Made by a program: the position numbers and the translations under genes | The notes under the pieces: model-generated | The model's input: the letters and a program-made list of their open reading frames with translations, nothing else | Databases searched by the model: none | What the model was told of the DNA's origin: nothing | From: Geosiphon pyriformis uo1 | Taxonomy: Eukaryota; Fungi; Glomeromycota | Length of the DNA: 64,000 bases | NCBI GenBank assembly: GCA_016748015.1 | Contig: JAAOMT010000070.1 | Span: 186,001-250,000, forward strand | Direction: 5' to 3' | In this document: piece by piece, positions 49,830 to 60,857 of the stretch | Layout: each line of letters begins with the position of its first letter | Position numbering within the stretch: the first letter of the stretch is position 1

Positions 49830-50470
49830 GTATGCATCAGTTGTGGTAAAAAATTGTCAACAATGAGCACATGCTGTAGTAAGGACAAAGAATAGACAAC
49901 AGCAACTGAATACTACTGTCACCCATGTGTTTTTGAATGCAATGGATGACTGCCAAAAATAGGAAAATGGGACGGTACTTTGTGTCTAGCCTGTGAAGAC
50001 ACTCTTTTGGATAAAGGAATGTGGAAAAACATTCCTGGAAGAGGGGGAGCATGCGACAAAACATGCCAATACACAATTCTGATCAACGACTGGGTACGAA
50101 AGGGAATTCCAATCGACAACACCTGGAAGCGAGCATTAAGACGCCTGGAAGGATACCCACATGACAAAAATGAGATCTGGAGAATGGCATATGCTATGTC
50201 TGAAGGCGCTACAACAGAGGAGCTGAGAAAAATTAAGGACAACCCACTATTACTGTCAGAACCAGAATATGTCCAAATGTTTGATGTTTTTGGCAATGTT
50301 GAGGAGAACCCAGAAGAATTTTACGAACACTACCAGTGACTAGCACCCACAAGAGAAAAACAAGAAAAATGTTTAGCACAGCTAAATACTTGATTATGTG
50401 ACTACTGTTTGATTTCATGTGACTTCCAATATTGTAATAAGTGTGACCTCATTTACAATCCACCACCATG
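49830..50470 (+). pseudogene. Cys-rich (multi-CxxC) domain between protease and dUTPase, element E
   Basis: CISCGKK, YYCHPC, CLACED, GACDKTCQY, LCDYCLISCDFQYCNKC. Confidence 0.8.
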
Positions 50471-50744
50471 CATGATCTACATGATCCTCGAAGAAGAAGA
50501 ACTAATCAGCAGCTGCACATCAGAATTGGAATCACCATTCAATTCCAATTCAAACTCTGACAATGACAATAACGAGAATAACGGTTCCAGCTCTGTTCAA
50601 AATAGCAATAACAATGATAACAATATTAACTCAGATTTAAACTCCAACTCAAACTATGAACAATATATTGCACTTCCTGACCTCACCAAGGAACAAAAAC
50701 TAAAATAGTTCAGCGATAATAATGAAGGTATTTTGCTAGAATGT

Positions 50745-51130
50745 GCATACAATACTGATGCAGAATTTGATCTGAGATATTTAGAAAAAGATACCATCAA
50801 ATTGGAACCACATTCACGCACCTACATTGATCTGAAAGTAGCTTTAGAAATTCCAGCAACAACAATGATTCAACTAGCATCTAGAAGTAGTTTAGTGAAA
50901 AGAGGGATAAACATCAGAGGAGGAATAATTGATGCAGGATACATAGGAAATATTATTGCTATGCTACAAAATGACTCTGAAAAGGCCTATATCATAGAGC
51001 CAAACAAAAAGATAGCACAGACAATATTCCTGCCTCTGGTTAGAGTAACTCAGTTAGTATTAGTGGAAAAGAGGGAGAAATTAGGAATAACAGCAAAAGG
51101 AATACAGAGATTCGGATCAACGGGTAGAAT
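50745..51130 (+). pseudogene. dut: dUTPase domain of element E
   Basis: DAEFDL, LASRSSL, GGIIDAGYIGNI, KIAQTIF, KGIQRFGSTG (motifs 1-5). Confidence 0.92.
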
Positions 51131-51589
51131 AGATGTACCAGTTAATATGGCAGAGGAAAAAATTGTTGGGCAAGGAGAAATTATCTCAGCCGGTCAAGCT
51201 ATTTCCATTCCACCATACAACCAGTACATGCTAGCAATAGAAAAGAAGGAAAAAGACCAAGCACAAATTTTTGAAGCAGAAGCCAGTCTTTGTGAATTAG
51301 GAGAAGTTGGACTCATCAATCTCCACATACCAGTCAAAGATTACAGCCACATCAAAATTCCCATCTACAACAACACAGGAAATGTCATAGTAATACCAGC
51401 CAGAATCATCATTGAATACTTAAACACTGAAATAAAGGATTAACCACCAAACTTCATTCCAGACTTTCCACAACTTTGTGGATATGTCAATATCACATCA
51501 CAAACAATATAAGATGAAGTGAATGTTATTTGCTCTAACCAGAACAATTGAAACAAATGAACATGGAAAACTTAGATTCACTCTAACGT

Positions 51590-52945
51590 ATGCAACTCAA
51601 AATGTTGCTCAACCAATTCAATGACATCTTTGTCAGCAAAAATGAGTTTGGCCGAACTGACATCATCCAGCATCAGATCAAGACTGGAAATGCAATGCCA
51701 ATTAAACAAAGAGCATACAGAGTGCCACCAGCCAGCCATGAGATTATTTGTCAAGAGATAAACCGAATGCTTAACAATAGGCTAATTCAGTCATCAATGA
51801 GCCCATGGTTGTTACCAGTGGTATTCGTCTGTAAGAAAAATGGAAAAATCCAATTTTGTGTAGACTACAGAAAACTCAATAGTGTAACTCATGGAGACAG
51901 TTATCCAACTCCATGAATACAGAAATTATTCAATGCTTTCGGTGGGAACAAATGATTCTCAACATTAGATTTGGACAGTGGTTACTGGCAAGTAGCTATG
52001 AATCCAGCCGACAAAGAAAAGATGGCATTCACTACGAGAGAAGAGAATTTTGAATTTGAAGTGATGCCATTTGGCTTAACCAATGCCCCAGCAACTTTCC
52101 AACAGCTAATAGAAATTGTTTATACTAGCTTATTGTGAAAATCAGTAGTTGTATACTTGAACAACACCAATGTATTTTCAAAGATGTTTAATGATCATCT
52201 TCATCATCTTCAACAAGTGTTCGAAAGACTAAAAAGAGCAGGACTAAAGTTAAATGCAACAAAGTACTTCTTTGGCAAGACAGAACTAAAATTCTTAGGA
52301 CACATAGTCAGCAAAGATGGCATCAAAATGAATTCGGAGAAAATAGAGATAGTAAAGAACTTTCCAGTGCTGACCAATATGACAGAACTGAGATCATTCT
52401 TAGAATTCGCCAGTTACTATTGACATTTTATCAAGAACTTCTCCAAGATACTGCAGCCACTCAACCAACTGCAAAACAAAAATACAAAATATGAATGGAC
52501 AGAAAATCAACAAGAAGCTTTTGATATTCTGAAAAAAAAACTCATCCAAGCTCTAGTACTGATCTATCCAGATCACAGCAAATCATTCATCATCACCACA
52601 GATGCATCCAGCCAAGCATTAGGAGCAGTACTATCACAGAAAAAACCAGACGGCAGAGAACATCCAGTAGCGTATGCCAGCAGAGGTTTAACATCAGCCG
52701 AAAAGAACTATGGAACACTGGAACAAAAACACTTAGCAATATACTGGGCAGTCATGAAATGGAAAGAATACTTGAGCCAGAAGTTTAAAGTATACACAGA
52801 TTACAAAGGATTAACATCACTTCAAAAACAAGAATTTGGAGATAGAAGACAGTCAAGATGGAAAATGGCACTCGCATCATATAATTATACTATACATTTT
52901 AAAAAAAGAAAAGACAACAGAAATGTGAACAGTTTATTGTGAATG
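51590..52945 (+). pseudogene. RT and RNase H of element E
   Basis: [38 protein letters not shown] (decayed YLDD), TTDASS, VAYASR, YTDYK. Confidence 0.95.
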
Positions 52946-53229
52946 AGACAAATCTAAGAACATTTCAACCCAAAAATATAACAAAACCAGAACAATACCA
53001 ATGGAAAAATACAACAAAAAAAAAATGAACATACAAAAATATCAACAATTGCAACATTATATAAACACTCAACAGTTCAAGAAAAATTTATCTCAAACAG
53101 AATAAAAGAGTATCAAACAACAATCAAAATATTTTATCACTCACCAAAATATCCTTTATTGGAAAAATAGAAGAGATCCAGATCAACCAACCAGAGTAAT
53201 TACAGAACCAGAAAAAAAGACAATATTAT

Positions 53230-54400
53230 TCAACATGTACTTAAATCCAACAGCAGAATACTTTTACAAAGAAACAACCATGGAAAGAACCAGAAAGAGA
53301 TACTATTGGCCATCAATATACCCAGACATTATTTAATATGTTCAAAATTGTGATGCTTGTCAGTGAAAAGGAGAAACAAGATTCAGTGAACCATTAAGAC
53401 CAATCAAAGTGAGACAACTATTTGACTATATTGGAATTGATTTAGTTGGACCATTAACAATCACCAGCAGAGGAAACAGATACATAGCAGTAGCTATGGA
53501 CTATCTCACTAAATGGCCAGAGGCGAAAGCAATTCAAAGAGCGGATGCAGAATCTGTTGCCAAATTTGTTCATCAGGATTTGATTTGTCAACATGAATGT
53601 CCAAAAAAATTATTATCAGACCAAGGAACTCATTTTGTGAACAAAACATTAACAGAATTGAGCCAAAAATTCGGAATCAAGAGACCATTATCATCACTAT
53701 ACCATCCACAAACCAACGGATTAGTGGAAAGATTTAACAGAACATTGTGTGAAGCAATAGCTAAGCTCAGTCAAGAAAACCAGAACGATTGGGATTTGTT
53801 CATACCATCAGTACTATTTGCTTATTAGACAATAAAACAAAATACTACACAAGCAACACCATTTGAATTAGTGTATGAGAGAACAGCAACATTACCAATA
53901 GAGAGAGAAATTAATACATATCCAACTGAACCAATAACAGAAGAAAATTTTCAAGAGACATTGCTGAAAAGAACATATGACTTAATAGAAACATTGGAAA
54001 ACAAACAAAGAAAAGCAGCTGATAATATTCAAAAGTCACAAGAAAAACAGAAAGAAAAACATGATAGTCAACTACCAGACAAATCAGTTGAATTCAAGAT
54101 TGGAGACAAAGTATTACTATATTGTACCAAAGCAGAAAAACAATAGAGTGGAAAATTTGACCCCAAATGGGACGGACCATTTCACATAGAAGAAATTCTA
54201 AGAAATAAAGCTTACAAATTAAGATTGGATAACAAATTTTTAACCAAAGCAGCACATGGAGATTGACTGAAACCATATTACAACATCATACTACCATCTA
54301 CCAGTAATATTCCACAATTAGGAGTACAGAGAATACTAGTCCAACCAAATGAAATTCCACAAGATCTGGAACCAATCGTTATTATTGACAACAACATGTT
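53230..54400 (+). pseudogene. Integrase of element E
   Basis: YYWP, CDACQ, GIDLVGPL, DYLTKWPEA, SDQGTHF, HPQTNGLVERFNRTL, WDGPF; no chromodomain seen. Confidence 0.95.
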
Positions 54401-54431
54401 AAATTAATCCATCAAAAGAATATATAAAAAC

Positions 54432-55091
54432 ATGGTAGATGTGACAGGAAATATCAGAAAAATGGAAATTACAGACAACATTCACTCACTAGCACAACAA
54501 CTTTTTCAATTAATCCAACACCAGGAAATGGAGATTACAATCAATCAACAAACTATTCGATATCAAGATATTAGAAAGACATTGCAACTTAGAACACAGA
54601 AGAAAACTGAAAATACTGTGGACAAAATTATTGCAAAAGTAAAATTAGCAATAAAAGAGTCAACAAAAGAGTCACTATATCAAGAGTTAACTAAAGAAAC
54701 TTGGAATTGGTGGATACAACAATTTCCACAAAACTATTGTTATTTTTACTTGGGACAACACGTAAATATTCAAAATCTATATATGGATAAAACAAAGCGA
54801 TTATTCGACAAAAGAATACTACAACAATTAGAACATTTTGTGGGAAAGAACAACTTATCCACACAGGCCTAAGTCATATACCAAATACACACAGCATTTT
54901 AGGATAGACCAGAAATATTGTTCAACAAAGCAATAGATATGGTTACCAGTAATCAATTGGGAAAAATCACCAATGCTCAATTTGAAAAATTACAAACCCA
55001 AATAACACAAATAATTCTTGAAAACAAAATCCAGTAAATACTTCAAGAGGGGGAATTAAAGGAGTTGGATTTCGATGGAGCTCAATATTAA
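54432..55091 (+). pseudogene. Accessory ORF3 of element E, ~219 codons, stop overlapping the PPT
   Basis: Single frame with only point-mutation stops, ending DFDGAQY*; homologs in elements B and C. Confidence 0.82.
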
Positions 55092-55105
55092 AAAAGAGGG
55101 AATAA

Positions 55106-55919
55106 TGTTACTCATAGAAATATAAAAAATATATTAGCATGATTATTAGCCAATCAGAAGTAGACATAGTAAAGGTAGAATTCCAGGATTCTTCTTAGAA
55201 ATTGCAGTATTCCAGGAATTTCAGGATTCCCTGATGAGGAATTGCAGGATTTCAGAATTCCAGGATTCCAGGAATTCCAGGATTCCTGTCATGAAGAATT
55301 GAGGAATTGAGGAATTTCAATTATGTATATATAGCAGTAGTGTTAGAAACAGAAAAGACAGAATCGATACCACAGAATCCTTAGTCTAAAAACAAAATCA
55401 TCAAATAAATAATTATTTCATATCTCAATTCGCTCTCCACTATCAACACTTCATGTTGATAGTAATTGATACATAACCACACTGGAACAATAGCTCTTAA
55501 TCACAGCTATTGACGGGATACTAAATCTGCAAATCACCTTGACTTATTTCTTTAAATTTCTTTATTTTTCTTTATTTTCTGTGATTTTGTTATTATGTAC
55601 TAACCAATTGATTAAAAACACTGATTACTGATGTCAAGGATTGTCTGGTAAAAGACCTCTGCAAGAGGGTAGGCCATGTACAGAAGATATGGAATACTTA
55701 CTAGAGAATTGTTGGCCACCAAGCCGAAAAAAGAATTGACAGACTTGTGAGTCTGGGAAGCTACAGATAAAACCATTATTGAATCTCTGTCCATTATACA
55801 AAAAACTCCATCAAAACCTTTAGATACAACCCTTCCAGAACATCATCAACAGAAATAGCTTTTGAGCACCAAGTTACAGGTTTTATTTAATCCAACCAAA
55901 GAAATATTCACCTGTAACA
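55106..55919 (+). repeat. 3' LTR of element E
   Basis: Paired with 45817-46653; preceded by PPT AAAAAAGAGGGAATAA. Confidence 0.97.
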
Positions 55920-56802
55920 GTGGTTTTTTAGTTGGTAATGTTGATTGAATTCATACTGTGGCTGTTTGACATCTCAATTTGCACATGCTATCAGGTTCTA
56001 CAAACAGAGCTTTTGCTGGCTTGTGCACTTATTTTATGAAGGCTGTTTATGGAAGGCTGTCTGTTGCTGTTAGGAAAAGGCTTTATAACAGACATTATCC
56101 TGGTGTTTTATGTTTACATTGTGATAAGGTTTAGTTTTCTGATTATATGTTTACATGTTGTAAAAAGTTTGACTCTTGCAAAGTAATTTTGTTTGAACAT
56201 ATTTCTTGTTGGAAGTTTCTGGCTGGTTCTTATCTTTTTGCCCCTTCTGTAGTTGTGGAATCTCTTCTTTCATGTTTATTTGATGTAAGTTTGTACACTC
56301 TTTTCTGCAAAAGCTATATGCTTATGGGGTGGTTTGAAAAAGCAGTGCAAATTTTCAATGATCATAAAGAGGCTGCTTAAATCTTGGTTAATTTTGCACA
56401 TAATTTGGATGTTCTACACCATTTTGAGTTATGGGGTTTTAGGTTTAGGTTTAGAGTAAATATGAAGAGGAATAATTTAGTCAGTAATTCAGGAGTGGTG
56501 TCAGTGTTGTTCATTGGCTTATTGCCAGTTTTGTTAGATGGAATGGCTAGATTGATTGGTATTGATGATTTGTTTGGGATTAGTTTTGGTTTCTACAAAC
56601 CTTGTTTGTTTTTTACTGGCTTAAGTGGTGGAGCTACTGTTTGCATAGGAGCTTAGTGTTGCTTTAATTAGTTTAAGTGACTGATTACATGTGATAAATC
56701 CATGAATTGCATCTAGCTGGAGTTTATAATTTTGACTCTGTATACTAGATAGTAATTGGGCTACACTTATTAAACATTAATAATAATTTAAGATGAATCT
56801 AG

Positions 56803-59800
56803 TTGTAACAACTTGTTACATAAAATAACTTGTTACATAAAACAACCTATTACATAAAACAATTTGTTATATAAAACAACTTATTACATAAAACAATCTT
56901 GAAAATAGCTTCAATTAGGATTGAAAATTTTATTAAATTTTAAAAAAATAACATGTAATAATAATGTATATTATTTATTTTTATTGGATAAATTAAAGTT
57001 AGATTATTAATTTTACTAAAAATAAATACAATGTTTAATTATTGTAAAGTAAGAAATAAACAAATAATTGATTAAATCTTACCTAATTTTGATATCTTGT
57101 ACTATTATATTTTAAAAGACTACATCTACTACAAATGTATTTTGTGCATAATTTTTTTTTCAGTAGCAGACTTATAATATTTGGTTTTTGGGCATTTTTT
57201 ACATTATAATACTAATGAATTTTCAATTTGTTCAAGCTTATTTTCTTTATTAACATTATTAACTTAATTGTTCTCTAAGACTTAGTCTTAATTTTAAAGT
57301 ATAAGTACTACTTTTTTATATTGGCCAAAAATTGTTTTAACTATATTATTATCTTATTATAATTGTTATATTTAATAGTGAACTGAGCAGTCTGTTATAT
57401 AAGTTCTTATACTTAATCATATTTTTGTTTTTTCTGTGCTGCAAAATATAAAATATTAGTAATGGTCTTAGATATAGTTAAAAGATTTGTAATTACTATT
57501 TTATTAAAAGAATTTTTTGTAGTCTTTTGATTTACAAAGCAAAAAGCTTTAATAACTAAATTATTGTCTTTTTTTTTATTAGTATACTATTGTAAAAATA
57601 TTATTTAAATATAAAACTCCACAATTTTTAAATATAGTATTACTTAAAAATAATAACAACAAACAATACTATAAAATATATTAAACAAATATGAATAAAG
57701 ATAAGAAATAAAATTAACAATTATAATAAAATGTAAATATTTACTGTTTTTTAGTCATAAATTTATAATCTTCTATATTTTTTTAATATTTTTTTATTAA
57801 TTTTAGCAACTATTAATTTCAATAAAATTTGTTTCATATCATACAAATTTTCAATAAAATTATTTATTATATTAAGACTAAAATCTTAAATATTAAAATA
57901 TTGTTAGATAAATAACTTAAAAAAGTACACTAGAAAATAAATTTTTTTACTTTATTATAAGTATTAATATTCAATAATAATTAACTTACAATAAAGTATA
58001 AATATTGTGCCATTTTTAAATATTCTATGGATAAGATATAAAGTATAAAGTATTAAGTTATTTGTTTGTCAATCTTAGAAAAGAGAGCATAATTAATTAA
58101 TATAATTTTTATACAAAATAAAAGTATATAATATTTAAAAAAATAATTTTATTTTATCTTACTTTTAAGTTTTGTGTTTAATACACCAGCAAAATCAAAC
58201 TGCTATTTGCTAAAAGCATATATTTAATAATATTATTGAAACTTTTAATGCAAGAGATAGTTTGAATTCCTATAATAAATATTTTTGATATAAATATATA
58301 GGCCTATGTTTGTTAGCTGGAATAAAGAGCTTTTATTAGATAATTTTTAGCATTAATATATGTTTTAGTAAGTTGTAATTATTATTCATAAAAATTTTTT
58401 TCATATAAACTATTGTAACATAGAAAAAAATCATGAACAAGGCTTTTATATTAATTGTAAAGCTTTAATTTGAGATTTTTTAATAAGTTTTCATTAATGT
58501 AAAAAATACAATAAATTTGATAAGTTGTTTTATATACTTGAGCAACTGCTGCAAAATTAATATTGGTAATAAATATTAATAATTTTGTTATTATTGCTTT
58601 TTTTATGTATTTTAGAATTCATTTATACAATTCAACAGTTTTATCTAATACAAAAACTTGTATAATAAGATAAAATTTTGTGTTATTGTTTACAATAAAA
58701 AAAAAATGGTATCTGATAATAATTAATCTTTGCTATATTGTTATTAAAACAATATTATAATATTTTAACCAAAAAACAACTTGTATAGAAAACATCCAAA
58801 ATATACAAGTAAGCTGATTTTCATTAATTTCAAACTCTATAATTTATTTAGGATTATTTGATTTGCAATTCATAAAAGTTGTCAACAAGCAAAATGTATC
58901 ATGTTTTTTATTGCCATAAATTTTAAATTTTTGTATTGTATTTGTAAAGTCACAATTAAAAATAGATGCTATTGAAAATTTTACTTTTAATAATTTTTTA
59001 GGTAGTAATTAATAGATTTACATATTTTATAAAAAATCAGATTTTCTGAAGAATATTATCTGAAAATTTTCAAAACATTAAAGCATATTTTCTAATATTA
59101 AGATATAATAAATAATTGTATATATCATCAAGAGTAATAAGAGTTATTTTGTATTAGTTTTTAATACAGTTGATATTAACATGCTAATTATATCCTTGAT
59201 ATTTTAATTTGGTATTCTAATAATTTTAAACATTGATTTTTTTTTGGTTTATATTGGTTGCCAAATTTGCATCTAAAAATACAATGTTTAAGATGTTGTT
59301 CTAATCTTTTTTGTATAACTTCAAATTCTTGTTGTTTATTATAAGTCTTTATAATTACATTAATATCTTTTTATGTTTTAAAAACATAATTAGTACAAAG
59401 TTTTATAATTAAATAAATATAAAAAAATCTAATGCCAAATATAACTAAAATTATAACCAAAAATCTTATCTTTATTTATAAGTAGTTGGTTACTTAATTG
59501 GAATAAGTTTTTACTGACATAATTCTAGAATTAATTGGCCAGTTTTATATTAAAAATAGGGTTTAAATTAAGATAAAAATAACTTTAGTTTTTTAATATA
59601 TGGTCTTTTACTAAACATATATATATCCTCTTTTAAAAACAAACTGGTTATTTCTTTTTGCCCTGTATTTATACTAAAATATTAATCTTAATACAATATA
59701 TAATATATAGAGTGTTATATTTAAAATTATCAATATACTATTAATCACAATACTAATTAATACATCCAAGTAAATATTATTTAGAATAGTTTAAAGAATT

Positions 59801-60160
59801 AGACTTTGCATAATTTGTTGTTTTTAATACTTTAAAATCTATAGTTCATATTTGATACACAAATTTTCATGCTTATATTTATAATATACAAGTTTTTCTT
59901 ATAACTTAGACACTGTTTAAAACAAAAAAAACTTCTTGTTATGCAAAAATAAAAGCAGTTACACCAAAATTTTTGATGTGTTTTCGTACTACAATATACA
60001 GATAGCATGTATTAAATTCAAAAACCATATGATATAATATATATAATTTATTTTTAATTAATAAAAATAATTAATATTACATAATTTAAAACAGATTGAC
60101 GAAAAAAATAAAGTCACGTGTCACAATATTAAATCACGTGCTTTTCCGAGGTTGTTACAA
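56803..60160 (-). mobile_element. Hypermutated fossil MULE (FAR1-like) DNA transposon with short TIRs
   Basis: Minus strand reads N(D)NIAK at ~58735, FITNIN...QIYCIFYINENL at ~58490-58575 (TDAD...HCIFH), *AYIFISKIFIIGIQTISCIKSFNNIIK at 58222-58306 (WA..F...FTAG.QTT.R.ES.N), and C-terminal YICSRC at ~57125. TIR TTGTAACAAC at 56803 / GTTGTTACAA ending 60160. Confidence 0.75.
56809..56893 (+). repeat. Five tandem 17-bp units CAACTTGTTACATAAAA at the MULE terminus
   Basis: Directly visible; units differ only by transitions. Confidence 0.9.
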
Positions 60161-60857
60161 ATCTATTAATTTTAGAATTTAATAATAAAATGATTTTTTA
60201 ATAATATATTATTATATTATAAACAAAATATATAATATATAAATCAGTTTTAATAATAATATTAAATACAATAAATAATTTAGTAAACCAATTTTTAATT
60301 GGTTTAACTTGACAATTGTTTATTTAAATAATACAATATTTTAATATATTGTTTTATCTTTAATTGCAAACTTTTAGTTATTAATATACTTTGTTTAAGT
60401 AAATTTTTATTAATAATAAATAATTTGTTTAATACTAATTTGAATATTATTAATATTTACACTAGTTTTTTATAGAATTTAAATATAATTAATATAAAAA
60501 GTAATACTGTTGTGTTTTTTAAAAATTTGAATTTAATTATTGGTTTTAAAGTATTTAAATTGGTTTTTTTATAATATTTAAATTACAGATTATTGTATTA
60601 ATATTAAAATATATATATTTTTTTTAATACCATTGTAATATATTTGAACAGTTAAGCTGTTTTAGATATATGTTTATTTAAATTTAATTTGGTTTTACTT
60701 AACTTTTGTAATTAATATTAACTAAAACAATATTATATTTTAAATATTATTAAAAATAAAAAGCTTTATATTATTTAATTAAAAATTAAAAATTACTTAA
60801 ATATTTTAAGTAATAATAAAACTAATATATTAATTAGGACTATATATATATATATAT

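Larger units (their letters stand above)
45817..55919 (+). mobile_element. Full-length decayed Ty3/gypsy LTR retrotransposon E (dUTPase-bearing, with ORF3)
   Basis: LTRs at 45817-46653 and 55106-55919 (TGTTAC...GTAACA); perfect TSD GTGG (45813-45816 / 55920-55923); PBS 46654-46671; PPT ~55089-55105. Confidence 0.97.
41250..56785 (+). mobile_element. 5'-truncated decayed LINE (ORF1 C-terminus, ORF2, 3' UTR), split by LTR element E into 41250-45816 and 55920-56785
   Basis: CEKCGHFGYSALEC knuckle; APE NGNFNE; RT KAAGLSGIPNELWK, FSPLLW, AFVDNT; RNase H YINGS, ELQAV, KIKGHSE; frame continues across E as WEIGPSFRVLG|GFLVGNVD*. Confidence 0.9.

Noticed and set aside
54190-54400. Chromodomain at the integrase C-terminus
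   Set aside because: No aromatic-cage pattern; only a short tail ending LEPIVII
55231-55275. CTGATGAG in the 3' LTR of E as a hammerhead core
   Set aside because: No GAAA after the hairpin, and the 5' LTR has CCAATGAG at the same site
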